From contig DAONAB010000001.1 in the NCBI GenBank assembly GCA_035400805.1, positions 1 through 43,366 on the forward strand: DNA of 43,366 bases. The letters are read 5' to 3'. This document shows, in pieces, positions 9,401 to 20,534 of the stretch (its first letter is position 1; each line of letters opens with the position of its first letter). Below the pieces are notes generated by a model. The model did not search any database. It saw nothing but the letters and a program-made list of their open reading frames with translations, and was not told where the DNA came from. The DNA is from Nitrospira sp. (GTDB lineage: Bacteria; Nitrospirota; Nitrospiria; Nitrospirales; Nitrospiraceae). Made by a program: the position numbers and the translations under genes.

Positions 9401-12166
9401 TCACTCCTCGAAGTCATTCATATCATCTTGGGCTGTCTCAGCCCGATCACCCGGCCCTCCAGGCTCGGCGCCAGGCCACAAAACTGCCAAAGCCTCGACG
9501 CACGGCACGAGAAAGCCCGTGTTGAGCTTGGGGACTTCCTGTTCGATGACTTGCGAAGCGGCAACCAGCGACACCTGAACTCCCGTCCGATCCTTTGGAG
9601 GCGTCCAGGATCGTCGCAATGCGCCCAGATTCCCCAGCAATTCGTTCAGTCTGCGGACTGCCTGCCAATCCCGCAGAACGAGCCATTCACCGGACTCATC
9701 GGATCTTTCGGCAGCCACAACAACGCACCGTACTGGAGTATCTTTCCCTGTCACTCGATCTACTATGCGGGCGAACATCATAGGTCGAGGTAAGATGGTC
9801 CTGCACACTGCCGCCACACAGCCCGGCTCATCGAGAGACTGGCGAAGCGCCTGCTCCACAACTTTGTGTCCGACACCGACTACCCTCTTTATCGCGTCCT
9901 TGCCCCGAACTGTCCGGTCGAATACGAGTCCGTCGTAAGTCGAACGGACCCCGACTTCGTGCATCCACGCATCCGGGGTCCTGAACCCAAGCGAACCGTC
10001 ATCTCCCCGCCTCGGCCGTCTTCGGTTCAAAACCAACATCGCCTCCACGAAAGGCCGAAGTTCCGGGAGGTCAACGGGAGGCACTTCCTTTCCGACTGAC
10101 TGAAAATCGAACCGATCACAATTGCCAACGATTTCCTTAACCGTCGCAATCACGTCGCGTCCTCCAAAGGTCGCCGTCTTCTGATCAAACCATGTTCCAA
10201 GGGAATCAGCAGGCACCTGCGACGCTTCGGCAAACAACTCCCTGAATAAGGCGGGAGACGTCATCCCAAGCACCATCTGAAGCAGATCCTCGGGCTCATC
10301 CATGACGTGACCGAAGGCCAGCATGATGTTTCCAATTTTGGAATTCAGCTTGTCCCAGATTCTGGCCTCCACCGTTTCCGGGTTGCGCAGCGAGACCACA
10401 TCAACGCGCTCTCTTTGTCCATACCGGTTGAGTCGCCCGACGCGTTGGTGCAGTCGCATTGGATTCCATGGAAGATCAACATGCACCAGGGAATGGCAGC
10501 GTTCCTGCAAGTCGATTCCTTCGCCACCAGCTTCGGTCGAGATCAGAAATCGCACCTTGCCTTCATTGAACAGCTCGGCGGCGTCTTCCCTGGTTTGATG
10601 CTTGGTGCGTGTCTGCCCGTCGCGTCCCATGATCTCGTCGGCGCGGTTGTCGCCGTTGATGAACCCAACGCAGTCATCGCCAAAACGCTGGATGAGCTCA
10701 GACATCAACAGAGATTGCGTGGCCTTGTACTCTGTGAAGAAGACAACGGACTGGTTGGAAAATCGGGTCTCGACCAAGGAAAGGACCTTTTCGATTTTCG
10801 TCTCCCGGCGTACCTGGTCTGCCGCAGCGAGTAGTTCGCGCAGACGCGGTTCCTCGTCCGCCATCAGTTGAACGCCAGCCGCCAGTCTGACGATTTCCTC
10901 TTCCAACCGGCCAATCTCATCATTCGGCCCCGAACTTTCGAGTTTTGCGTAATCCGATCCCAGCTCCTCAAGTTTTTGCCTAGCCTCTGCAAGTTTCTGC
11001 CGCTGGGTCAGCATGCGCTCGAGTCTTCCGCGCAACGCTCGCCGGATGGCCGCGACCGAACTGGACGCGAGTTTCTGCATCGCGATGAGCACCAACATCA
11101 CCAACCGCTGGTCGGACGCACCCAGGGTGGAGGCGTACGCCTTCCCCGAGAGGATGAACTCGGTCAGCATCCCATAAAACCGTGCCTCCTCAGGCGAATA
11201 CGCGTAGGTCTCCGATGTGACGGCCGGCGGTTGGAAAAGGCGCTGTCCTTTCAGGTCGGTGACGTTGTTCTTGTTGTTTCGGATCACGACCTCGCGCATG
11301 TGCTTCAGTTGGCGAGCCAGAGGCTCGCGCGGGTTGAATAGATCCGGCCGCAACAACTGGAGGAGCGCTAAGAAACCAAAATTCTTGCCCCGGTGCGGCG
11401 TCCCTGTAAAGAAAATCATCGAAGCGACCTTTTTCTCGTCCACCAACCGTTGGGCCAGCTTGTAGCCGAGCGTCGGACCCGAATCCTCGTCTGCGTTCAC
11501 ATGGTGCGCCTCATCGATGACGAGGAGGTCCCAAGGCGGACCTTCGAAAAGCCGCTCATGTCTTCCGCCATGGTCTAGCCGGAGCGTGGAAAGAGATGCA
11601 ACCACCTGATTGTGCGTGTTCCAGAAATCGCTGCGCTCCGAATCCGCCTCAGTGACGTACCGGGCAAGACGAATGTCGAACATCGTCCGCAGCCGATACT
11701 GCCACTGCTCGACCAACGACGCAGGACACACGATCAGAAGCCGTCGGACCAGGCCTTTCGAGAGCAACGGCCACAGGATCAAACCAGCCTCAATCGTTTT
11801 GCCTAGCCCGACATCATCGGCTACCAGCCACCGCGCAGGCCACCCTGAAAGGACACGGCGGCATACCCAGAGTTGGTGGGGTAGCAGCGCGATTCGAGAC
11901 CGCGAAAACACCCCCCACGTATCATTCACCGATACAATTGCTGAGGCGAGCGCTTTGGCCACCACTGGAAGTGCGGGATCCCAGTTTCCCGCCACAATGG
12001 AATCCGCGACGGAGCGTATGCCTTTGAGGCTACCACGCTCGCACTCCTCTATCCCGTGATCGAAGCGGACTATGACCGTCGCGCCCTTGTCGTATTCCAC
12101 AGTGCCCTGGCCAAAACGATCGGATAGAACGCGATTGCCGGGATCGAGTTTGCTTTCTGCTGACAT
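9401..12166 (-). CDS. SNF2-family (RapA/DrmD-like) helicase
   Basis: LLPHQ, LVADDVGLGKTIEAG, IDEAHH, FTGTPH, STEAGGEGIDLQ, DLPWNPMRLHQRVGRLNRYGQ; starts 6 nt after the sacsin-like gene's stop. Confidence 0.93.
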   Translation of the reverse strand: MSAESKLDPGNRVLSDRFGQGTVEYDKGATVIVRFDHGIEECERGSLKGIRSVADSIVAGNWDPALPVVAKALASAIVSVNDTWGVFSRSRIALLPHQLWVCRRVLSGWPARWLVADDVGLGKTIEAGLILWPLLSKGLVRRLLIVCPASLVEQWQYRLRTMFDIRLARYVTEADSERSDFWNTHNQVVASLSTLRLDHGGRHERLFEGPPWDLLVIDEAHHVNADEDSGPTLGYKLAQRLVDEKKVASMIFFTGTPHRGKNFGFLALLQLLRPDLFNPREPLARQLKHMREVVIRNNKNNVTDLKGQRLFQPPAVTSETYAYSPEEARFYGMLTEFILSGKAYASTLGASDQRLVMLVLIAMQKLASSSVAAIRRALRGRLERMLTQRQKLAEARQKLEELGSDYAKLESSGPNDEIGRLEEEIVRLAAGVQLMADEEPRLRELLAAADQVRRETKIEKVLSLVETRFSNQSVVFFTEYKATQSLLMSELIQRFGDDCVGFINGDNRADEIMGRDGQTRTKHQTREDAAELFNEGKVRFLISTEAGGEGIDLQERCHSLVHVDLPWNPMRLHQRVGRLNRYGQRERVDVVSLRNPETVEARIWDKLNSKIGNIMLAFGHVMDEPEDLLQMVLGMTSPALFRELFAEASQVPADSLGTWFDQKTATFGGRDVIATVKEIVGNCDRFDFQSVGKEVPPVDLPELRPFVEAMLVLNRRRPRRGDDGSLGFRTPDAWMHEVGVRSTYDGLVFDRTVRGKDAIKRVVGVGHKVVEQALRQSLDEPGCVAAVCRTILPRPMMFARIVDRVTGKDTPVRCVVVAAERSDESGEWLVLRDWQAVRRLNELLGNLGALRRSWTPPKDRTGVQVSLVAASQVIEQEVPKLNTGFLVPCVEALAVLWPGAEPGGPGDRAETAQDDMNDFEE

Positions 12167-12172
12167 AGGGGC

Positions 12173-15100
12173 TTACCAGTTTAGGTTAATGCGGCGGCCA
12201 TCCGGCAGTGTGCGCCAGCCCTCATCCGGACGGGAAGAGGAAGGAAGGTCTTCGGGAGGGAGTGGTTCTCCCAATACTTTAATTTGAGCGTCCTCTCGCT
12301 CCCTGAGCGCTAAAAGCGGCAAATCGAAGCCCCGGTTAAATGTTGCTCTTTCTTCGTCCATGTTTTCGACCAGAAAACGGTGGATCGCCGAGGAACGGTC
12401 ACCTGTCGTCAGCATGCGAAGCGAGGGACAGCCAATCGTCTCCAATACCCCGCAAACCCGCGTGCCGGGTACGTAGCAATATCGGTGTGCCAGCTTCTGG
12501 TGAAGAATGTTCAAACGCGTGAGTTCACGCATCACAAAGCATGCGCCGATGCCCAAAGCCGTCGTCAACGCCGGGGCATCAGGTCCGCCACCGGAATAAA
12601 GTGAGCTGGTTCGCGGGCTGATGATGGCGTCAAAGCCGAATGGTCTCTTCATCCGGTTAACATTTAGAAAGCTTTCGACATAGTCGGGTAGCCAGCGTGA
12701 TATCTGATAGATGACCACAAATTGCTTCATCCACTGGTAATAGTCGTGTTTCCCAGTCGGATCATCGAGGTAGCCTTCCAACATATCCATCCAGCGGCGG
12801 GCGTCGTGTTCCCCATCAGCGAAAACGTCCAGCCACCCCTTCTCGTCGCAGCGGCTCAGGAAATTCCTGTGTTGCTCTGGGTTTGACCGTCCGATCGTCT
12901 GCATCGATCCCAGCAGCAACAAGGTGATCCATTCGCGACGAGCGCTGAGGTCTTTTTCAATAAAGTCCTTCCGAACCGCCGGGGTACGGGCGCCGGGGTA
13001 AACTCGTTCAACGTACGCATCCGTCCAGGCATCACCGTGTGCTTGCCACCATTCATGGAGCCGGCCAAGCACTTTCCGGGCATCGTACTGTGGACGTGGG
13101 GGCTTTGAAGGTTCCTCTTCGGTTTCCTCGACGATTCCGAGCCAGGCTCGAAAGATCTCGCTCTGAATGATCTCCGCAGGAATCAAACCGACGCCGGCAG
13201 CTTCCTTGGTACTTAGGCGTTTTCCGATAGCGGGAAACCAGGATGAGCGAAAAACCGCAGACAACTCCCAGTAGTCCTTGAAACGATCGGCATCCGAAAG
13301 ATACGTCAGTATGGCGATGCCTTCGGGGCTGGTCAGGTCTGTCGAGCTGGCCCAATTGCGCAGGTCATCCTCGGAAGGTCTGTCTGGAAGCCCAGCAAAC
13401 CCTAGCAATTTCAGCCCGACCTCGTTGTAGTTCCTGCTGACGCACTTTAAGAATCTCTGAGGCAAGAGCTGACTTCCGGGAAATTCTGCCGGCAGCATGT
13501 TGCCAGGAAACTCGTGGATGTCGGCTCCTTCACCGTTCAAACCCAGCACCTGGCATTGCGAGACCCACTTGCCGATGCCGAGGAACTGCTGCTCCTTCAG
13601 GGCGCTCGCAAGGAGGTTTAAGAGATCAGGCCTTTTTGCGAACCACGGTCGTCCTCGAAAAGCAGCCGCAATGTCCGCCCAACCGATTCCCAGTAGTTTC
13701 TGTCCGCTCTGCTTTCCAGCGTACTCGCAGGCCCGGCGGTAGGCTGTTGCGAATCCCTCAACCACGATGTTTGTCACCGCTAATGACGTCTCTGGGTGCC
13801 CCGCCAAATGCACCGTAATTTGAGCCTCGACTAGCCCACGACGGAAATCGTCAGGCAGCTCGTAGAAATAGAAGCACGGACCTTGACCAAGACTGACGGG
13901 TTTTTCAGGGGCGAGCGTTGGCACGATGGGCATCCGCTCCGCCAACTGGACAAGCTCAGTCGCTAACGATTGGCGCAGTCGTTCGCATTCAACATCGCCG
14001 CGCTCCCACTGCCAAAGCGACCAGAACCTCTTCAGAATCTCCGACAATGGCGTGCTGGTCGAGGCGCAGTCGGAAAGCGCATGTAGCAGGCCTTCCAGCA
14101 GAGCCACAGTCTCAACGATGCGACGTTCGTTTGCCTTCGGATCCACCAGATGGGTCCTCCCTGACTGAACTTCGAATCGGTGGGAGGCCGCGAGGCCGCA
14201 TCCCAGTCTCGCTTGCAGTGGCAGTGCCGCGTAAAGATCTTGCGAAAACACTTCATCCCACCGTGCCGGGGTCCCATCTTGAGCAAGCAGCAAGGCCAAC
14301 TGGCCTGCGTGGGAATTGTTTCGGCATCGGATCAGTCGAACGGCCCCTCCTCGTACCGTCTTGGGAGCGGAGATTTCGATCTGCTCGACCAGCGTGCCTT
14401 GGGCACTTCGAGGTTCCGGAGGGGCAGCCACGATCGTCGTTATTTCGCCGTCAGACGAATAGACCTGGAGGCGTGTGATCATTCTCAGGAACGGCACCAA
14501 ACCCAGGAATCGGGAGACATCCTTCACCTCTGCAGTGTCGCTCCGCAGGGGAAGTCGTATCCGGGTCACGTCTTCTAACAAATCATCCGGTCGAGGCAAT
14601 TCCTTGGGCAGACAACCGGCCTCAATGGCAAAATGCCAATCCCCGGAGTGGATTTCGGGGCGATCAGTGAGCAGGTAAACACATTTGAAGCCGAGGCCGA
14701 AACGCCCAATCGTATCACCATTTGGCTGCTCCGCGTCGCGATCGGGCGAATACGGCTTAAAACTCCCCGCCGAACGGAGCACGCCTTCTACGTCTTTGGA
14801 GAAGTTGGAAAAGTGCCTGGCGCCATGCTGGAAATAGTTGAAGGGGCGCCCTTTGTGCTCGATCTCCAGGACCGGTGTTGTCCCTTCTCGATGGATGTAT
14901 CGATAAGTGATTTCGCGCGGACGGGGTGTTTCCATGCCGAGCTGCTCGCGTTGCAGGTAGGCGTCTTCCGCATTCTGCAGCAATTCCGCGAAGACTGAAA
15001 ACTCGTCATAACCGTAGCCCCGGATCTGGTCCCGCCTGGCCTGCACGAATTTTGCAGTGAGCAGTGTGAACATTTGAGATTTCAGCTCCTCAGCTCGGGG

Positions 15101-18100
15101 ACGGCGAGGGTCAGTTCGCTGGTATTGATCGAACAGCTCGGCAAACTCCGGGTCTGCCACCTGGTCTTGGTACTGGTGTATAAAATGTTCGCGGTAATTG
15201 TCGTGCAATCGGCGGAGCACCGTGGCTGGCCGTTCGAGAGTTTTGAGGATTTCCTCTACCAGGGGTGATGAGTCTCCAGTTGGTGCGCCTGCTCGAAGCA
15301 GCCGCGCCATCTCGTTCGCCATTGCGCGGTCTAATTCATTAAGCCAATCAGCCTCTTTGCGGTCCTTGACCTGCAGGGCTTGGGCGCGGACCAGCAACCT
15401 GCCGTCCGCGTCTGCCAAGGTTGTTGGTCCCTCCCATTTCGAGGATTGATCGATGATCTGCCCGTTCTGCAATCGGCAACGCAGTCGGATCTGCTCCACA
15501 GCCATCAGATCCACCTGATTCTCTGGGAAATTGAGACCGAAGCCGGAAAGTGCGCCTCGCAACGCTGACTCTGCCGTCGAAAGGTCCTTGAGCCACCGCC
15601 GCCAAGGGTTCAGTAAATGCGAAACTCCGGGCGGGAGCGAGATTGGGACAGGAGTGTCAGCGACTTCAATCCGGGCGCAGGTGCGCAGGTTGGAAAGCTT
15701 GTCCGGACACCGCTCACGCAACCAATCGGCAAGGCGCCGGGTGGCCGGGTTCTGAGTATCTGCGAGCAGGGGTGCATGCTCTACGATCACCCGCCCCTTT
15801 CTCCCCAGCACATCATCCCAGTGGCAACGATCGAGTCGTTCATAGCTGCCAGCACAGGTCAGCACCCGTATCGACCCGATGGAAGCTTGCTGTAGTTGCG
15901 TCGAATCCTTCTCCGCAAGCCTCTGGAACGAGTTCAGCAGACGGCCGTAGGAAACTCCAACGCCCGGCTCAGACGCAGTGATCACAGTCAAGGCGCCCAG
16001 CACTTGGGAAAACGTTTCCCTTTCTGAGACCCCGAGCCTGCGATAAGTCTCGGTCAAACCCTTTGGTGGCTTGCTGTCGGCTTTCAGGCACAGGAGATGC
16101 GCCGACAGATCCTCTTTGAAATCATTGTCACCGAGGAAAAGCTGCAGCGATGTAACCTGGCCCTCCCTCTCGCGGAAGGTGCGATAAACGGGACGGCGCT
16201 CCGCCAGGCTCATCCAGTGCGGACGCAGTGTTTCCACCTCCTCCAGCAACTGGGCGGTCAGCTCGTAAACCTTAAGTGCTGCGCTTTCGTCCACCCTCGC
16301 GCGTTCGACCAGGCACTCGCAAATGTCCTCAAGTGCCGCAGGCGTCGTGGTTGGCATCGTTGCGAATCCCAAGCCTGCACTTCCAACCCTGCAAACATCG
16401 GGCATTTGGATTGCAGGAACCCAAAAACGTGCACCCAATATCTTTTCGCCTGCGTGAACCAGCACCTCAGCGGGTTTCTTGAACTCCCAAGTTCCGCTTC
16501 GCTCTGCCAACACCCAAGGCTGCGCCTTGAGGGCTTTGAGGTCTTCGGCACTTGGCGAAGCGCCGACGGCCTTATCGAGCCAGGCGTAGATCGCTTTTGC
16601 CGTTCCTCGCTTCTCGGTCGTTCCTTTCAATGCCTGTGCGATGACTAGTGAGAACACGTCGCTGAAAGTTCTCACACCACACCAGTCGTCCCAGACTCGG
16701 ACAACCGCTTCCGCCGTCTTTTCCAATACCGGGAGAACCTCAGCAAGCACTAGAGGCGGCTTCGTTTGAGCCCAGCGAGGTGAGACCACAGTCGATGGGC
16801 TTTTCCACGTCGGCTTTCGAGTTGCCACCAAGACGGTTTCCAACCCCTTGGCCTTATCTGCAACCAGTCTCGAGAGCCTCCGTGTGTCGATATAGCGGAG
16901 CACTTGAAACCGTTCTGAATCATCCAGCCCGGGCCACATGCCCTCGAACCCTTCGATCAATCGTGTCTCAAAATCCAGTGCGGTCAGTTCTCTTACCTGG
17001 AAGCTCCGCAGGACCAGCGGCAAGTCGGAGGGCTTCAGTGCAACCGCATTTGCGAGAGCCGCCAGCGAGATCGCCTTGGGCGCAAGCAATGATAAGACGC
17101 GCCCGGGTAAATCCGCCGTGCCCTCGAAAAACTCAGCGTCAGCGAGCCTTACTTGGCCCGTGTGGGTCGAGACGTGCAGCAGGCCGGCCGCTTTCGACCG
17201 CACCACGCCGGCTTCCGGGAAATCTCGTTTGTTGTCCCAAAACAGTTTTACGCGATCATTCAAGCCTAGGTCTGTGCTCTCGCTGGTGATGGCCAATTCG
17301 ACGATCTTCCTCGAATCCCAGCTTGTCAGCCGATGGAGGCGTGGGAGCAAATCCCGGAATTGCGCATCGATGCTGGCGATGTGCTTTCCCGACAGCAGCT
17401 CAGCCATAAGCGGGGCGAGTCGGTCTATTGACCACCGTTGCTCGGTCAGCCGTTCCGCAATGTGCCAAGCTTCGGCAGAGTCATGGGCAGCATACCACGA
17501 ACCGTCCAGGCAGGGCACTGTCCGCGCCGAAACCATCAACGCGCGCAACTCCCCTGCATCGATTCTGTCAGTCGACTCGCCGGAGCTATCAAGCCCGGTC
17601 AACGTCGCATCGTAGTAGCGAACGAGATATCGAAGCATCCGCTCGTTGTCGGTGGTTGGCTCGCCGATTTGACGCAGGGTCTCCTTCAAGACCTCCACTC
17701 GATTGTGCGCCTTGATGCCCAAGCGAAGTCGATAGAACCGCTTCACAGCGGCGTTCGCGGTTTGCAGTAGCCGGCAAGCGGGCAGCTTGATAGGCGCATC
17801 CTCGATATCGTCTTGAGACTGTAGCCTGAAGTCTCGTGAAACGACCGTCATGTCGTCACCGAGGGCGGGAACCAATGCGATGAACTTGCCGTCGGAGCAA
17901 CGGTGGATTGGCAAGGCAAGCACGGTGTATCGCTGTGCCTGATCCATGGAATCCCAAGAGCTGTCGGCGGCATCCATCAAGCACGCCGCCGCTCGCTCGG
18001 CGAGCCCAGAATGCTCTTGGGCGGCAGTCGCCATCTCCTTTTCCAGCATCCCGCAGAACTCAGGGCGCTTGAGTCTTGCCCCATGGAGAATTCCGATGGC

Positions 18101-20521
18101 TTCGTGAGCCCGCGCGAGGGTCACACGGCAATCGGACGCGTGGAGCATTTCCAGGCTGCCTGGATGCACGGTGAGCAGCCGTTGGAGTTCGCTGTCAAAG
18201 CCCGGATCAGCGTGGGCGAAAATCCGGCGGAACCAGACCTCCCCCAAAGCCCGATCCTCGGCTGCCGGCGTCGTGGATTTGAGCAGAATCACGCCGAACC
18301 CTCGTCGTGCTGCTTGCGCATGCGCCGTGCGGACCAAGAATCCCAAACGGAGGTCTGCCGGCAACCGACCATGTGATTGCTTTAGTAGAAAATCAACGAC
18401 GGGTTTGATCTCGTAGCCATGCACGACTTGATCATGACAGTTCGCTGCGGGGAGCCTTTGCAACAATTCCAGCCCAGCGTCTGCTGTAGGTTTCAAGACA
18501 TTTGCGGGAGCGGGACGAAGATCCGCGAGCAAACCAGGCAGCCCGACATCAGGGCGAACCCAATACGTGTCCCCGAAGGGCAGCTGGAGTCTTCGAAGGT
18601 GCTCGATGATTGGATCGCCGCCGGGTTCCTCAAGTACGTAGAGTTTACTGGCTTCAAACCGCAAAAGCTCATCAGTTTCCTGTCTTTGAAACGCCCATGT
18701 TCCCTCAAAGTTACACTGAATACCCTCCGCGTTAATGATGAGCTTCAGCAATTTTTCAACGTCCTGGGCGTTTGGCGCTTGAGTGTGGCGAAGCACCTTG
18801 CCAGCAACGTCTGAAGAAATCTGCCACCGGACTGCGATTCCCCTGCTTCCGCCGACTCGGGCCGACAATGCTTCTCCGAGCGAGTAGCGCACGAACCGCC
18901 GGCGATCCGATGAAAGCTCCCGAAAGCGCTCCGCGTATGCCGATAGCCACTCCGGGACAAGCTCCACAACCGTTTCAACCCCGCCATCGCCGACCAGCAG
19001 ATCGAACGGTTCATTCCAGATATCCCGAAGTCGCAAAGCCCAGGCATCCGACGAAAAGCACCGGCGCGCAAATTCAGTCAGGTCATTTGGTTCCGCAGTG
19101 CCCTTGGCAGCTATCGGGAAAAGATTCAGGTAATCCTTCGGATAGCCCTTCAGTAAATCATGCGCCAGCTCCGGCAATTCGAGGCTGACATCATGGAGCA
19201 AAGGAATAAGAGCCCGTTCGACCAACCGTTGGTTCCATTCCGTCTTCCGCCTTTGGGCGTCTGATTTATCCAGCCGATATTCGACGCGCTGGCGTGACGG
19301 TCCCACGAAGAACGCCCCATTCAAAATGCAGCCGCATGGCCCGTCATCCAACAGCGGCAAGAAGACCCGCCATTTTGCCGCTTCACCTCCCGCCAGTCGG
19401 CATGCCTCGATATCCAGCGGCACCGCTAATGCCGCCCATGGTGTTGCCTTTTCTTCATTTCTCCGCAGTCTTTCACGAAGTTGGGTCAGATACTCATCAT
19501 CGAAGCGGGCAACGTGGCGAACATGAAATCTCCACTCCTGGCAGGACATCTCTTTTCCATCCACGCCGAAATCACGACGACTGATTTTGCGATCGAATGC
19601 ACAATACTGCTTCTCGGATGCCTGTTCCTGCTTGGCGAGTTCGTTGACTCTATTCAGGAAAGTCCTGAATCCGTCCGGACACGGAGTGGTTTCGACCCTG
19701 ACCTGCAGATCAACCTGCCTATCCCGCAGGACCGAGAAGGAAATGCTGCAAATGTTCTTTAAGAAATGAATGGCGTGCGCTCCGGCATCTGCCATTTCGG
19801 CAAGCAAAGCGCGACGATCTATGGCCTCGGGGAATCGGTCATCGTACAAGGCTTTTGCTCCTTCCGGACTTCGTCTGAGCGGGAGCCGGAATACTGTTTG
19901 TTTGTAGTCTTCTGCCGGATTACTTGCGATGGTGCCGATTGAGTGCGTCGCCAGCGCAGCCGCTGGCAGGCACCAATCTAGCACTTCCTTGACTGCCCCC
20001 TCCCGAAATCCAGAGTCTCGTCTGAAATCCTCGATTGGAAATCGCCAGCCGTTTGCGTCGAATATCTCGTGCAGTAGATCAAACACATGAATCTCGCGAC
20101 GAGAAACGAGCATCGGTGTGTCAGTGAGAAAATAGACGCTGTTGAAACCGATGCCAAAACGGCCCGCGGCTGTCGCCTGAGCCCGCTTGTGTCCGCCTGC
20201 AACATCGCGGATCGCAGAGAAATCATCGTGCTCCGGTCCCACCTCGCTCGCCAGTCGGAAGGGGCTGTTGTTCCGTATGAACAGGGCGGGTCCCCAGAGC
20301 GGAGCGTAGTCCGGCGGAAGACCGGGACGAGGTTCACGTTCGTCCAGAATGATGGACATTTCAGTTGCCCCGGCATCATCCGCGTTTTGAAGCAATTCCT
20401 TCAAAACCGCGGGTGCGGGCCGCGCACCACCTTCCGCCATTTGCCGGAGAAAGGTCTGGATGGAGCGCAAGACCGGATATTCTTGGCCTCCAGCAGTTCC
20501 TATCTCGGGTTTGAATGGCAT
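12173..20521 (-). CDS. giant sacsin-like protein with two Hsp90/GHKL-type ATPase modules (2782 aa)
   Basis: Module 1: VLKELLQNADDAGA...NNSPF...AGRFGIGFNSVYFLTDTP...TVFRLPLR. Module 2: VFAELLQNAEDAY...HKGRPF...TIGRFGLGFKCVYLLTDRPEIHSG...TRIRLPLR. ATG 20521 has a GAGGAG RBS and is preferred over track start 20572. Confidence 0.88.
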   Translation of the reverse strand: MPFKPEIGTAGGQEYPVLRSIQTFLRQMAEGGARPAPAVLKELLQNADDAGATEMSIILDEREPRPGLPPDYAPLWGPALFIRNNSPFRLASEVGPEHDDFSAIRDVAGGHKRAQATAAGRFGIGFNSVYFLTDTPMLVSRREIHVFDLLHEIFDANGWRFPIEDFRRDSGFREGAVKEVLDWCLPAAALATHSIGTIASNPAEDYKQTVFRLPLRRSPEGAKALYDDRFPEAIDRRALLAEMADAGAHAIHFLKNICSISFSVLRDRQVDLQVRVETTPCPDGFRTFLNRVNELAKQEQASEKQYCAFDRKISRRDFGVDGKEMSCQEWRFHVRHVARFDDEYLTQLRERLRRNEEKATPWAALAVPLDIEACRLAGGEAAKWRVFLPLLDDGPCGCILNGAFFVGPSRQRVEYRLDKSDAQRRKTEWNQRLVERALIPLLHDVSLELPELAHDLLKGYPKDYLNLFPIAAKGTAEPNDLTEFARRCFSSDAWALRLRDIWNEPFDLLVGDGGVETVVELVPEWLSAYAERFRELSSDRRRFVRYSLGEALSARVGGSRGIAVRWQISSDVAGKVLRHTQAPNAQDVEKLLKLIINAEGIQCNFEGTWAFQRQETDELLRFEASKLYVLEEPGGDPIIEHLRRLQLPFGDTYWVRPDVGLPGLLADLRPAPANVLKPTADAGLELLQRLPAANCHDQVVHGYEIKPVVDFLLKQSHGRLPADLRLGFLVRTAHAQAARRGFGVILLKSTTPAAEDRALGEVWFRRIFAHADPGFDSELQRLLTVHPGSLEMLHASDCRVTLARAHEAIGILHGARLKRPEFCGMLEKEMATAAQEHSGLAERAAACLMDAADSSWDSMDQAQRYTVLALPIHRCSDGKFIALVPALGDDMTVVSRDFRLQSQDDIEDAPIKLPACRLLQTANAAVKRFYRLRLGIKAHNRVEVLKETLRQIGEPTTDNERMLRYLVRYYDATLTGLDSSGESTDRIDAGELRALMVSARTVPCLDGSWYAAHDSAEAWHIAERLTEQRWSIDRLAPLMAELLSGKHIASIDAQFRDLLPRLHRLTSWDSRKIVELAITSESTDLGLNDRVKLFWDNKRDFPEAGVVRSKAAGLLHVSTHTGQVRLADAEFFEGTADLPGRVLSLLAPKAISLAALANAVALKPSDLPLVLRSFQVRELTALDFETRLIEGFEGMWPGLDDSERFQVLRYIDTRRLSRLVADKAKGLETVLVATRKPTWKSPSTVVSPRWAQTKPPLVLAEVLPVLEKTAEAVVRVWDDWCGVRTFSDVFSLVIAQALKGTTEKRGTAKAIYAWLDKAVGASPSAEDLKALKAQPWVLAERSGTWEFKKPAEVLVHAGEKILGARFWVPAIQMPDVCRVGSAGLGFATMPTTTPAALEDICECLVERARVDESAALKVYELTAQLLEEVETLRPHWMSLAERRPVYRTFREREGQVTSLQLFLGDNDFKEDLSAHLLCLKADSKPPKGLTETYRRLGVSERETFSQVLGALTVITASEPGVGVSYGRLLNSFQRLAEKDSTQLQQASIGSIRVLTCAGSYERLDRCHWDDVLGRKGRVIVEHAPLLADTQNPATRRLADWLRERCPDKLSNLRTCARIEVADTPVPISLPPGVSHLLNPWRRWLKDLSTAESALRGALSGFGLNFPENQVDLMAVEQIRLRCRLQNGQIIDQSSKWEGPTTLADADGRLLVRAQALQVKDRKEADWLNELDRAMANEMARLLRAGAPTGDSSPLVEEILKTLERPATVLRRLHDNYREHFIHQYQDQVADPEFAELFDQYQRTDPRRPRAEELKSQMFTLLTAKFVQARRDQIRGYGYDEFSVFAELLQNAEDAYLQREQLGMETPRPREITYRYIHREGTTPVLEIEHKGRPFNYFQHGARHFSNFSKDVEGVLRSAGSFKPYSPDRDAEQPNGDTIGRFGLGFKCVYLLTDRPEIHSGDWHFAIEAGCLPKELPRPDDLLEDVTRIRLPLRSDTAEVKDVSRFLGLVPFLRMITRLQVYSSDGEITTIVAAPPEPRSAQGTLVEQIEISAPKTVRGGAVRLIRCRNNSHAGQLALLLAQDGTPARWDEVFSQDLYAALPLQARLGCGLAASHRFEVQSGRTHLVDPKANERRIVETVALLEGLLHALSDCASTSTPLSEILKRFWSLWQWERGDVECERLRQSLATELVQLAERMPIVPTLAPEKPVSLGQGPCFYFYELPDDFRRGLVEAQITVHLAGHPETSLAVTNIVVEGFATAYRRACEYAGKQSGQKLLGIGWADIAAAFRGRPWFAKRPDLLNLLASALKEQQFLGIGKWVSQCQVLGLNGEGADIHEFPGNMLPAEFPGSQLLPQRFLKCVSRNYNEVGLKLLGFAGLPDRPSEDDLRNWASSTDLTSPEGIAILTYLSDADRFKDYWELSAVFRSSWFPAIGKRLSTKEAAGVGLIPAEIIQSEIFRAWLGIVEETEEEPSKPPRPQYDARKVLGRLHEWWQAHGDAWTDAYVERVYPGARTPAVRKDFIEKDLSARREWITLLLLGSMQTIGRSNPEQHRNFLSRCDEKGWLDVFADGEHDARRWMDMLEGYLDDPTGKHDYYQWMKQFVVIYQISRWLPDYVESFLNVNRMKRPFGFDAIISPRTSSLYSGGGPDAPALTTALGIGACFVMRELTRLNILHQKLAHRYCYVPGTRVCGVLETIGCPSLRMLTTGDRSSAIHRFLVENMDEERATFNRGFDLPLLALREREDAQIKVLGEPLPPEDLPSSSRPDEGWRTLPDGRRINLNW

Positions 20522-20534
20522 GTTCGTGGGCTCC

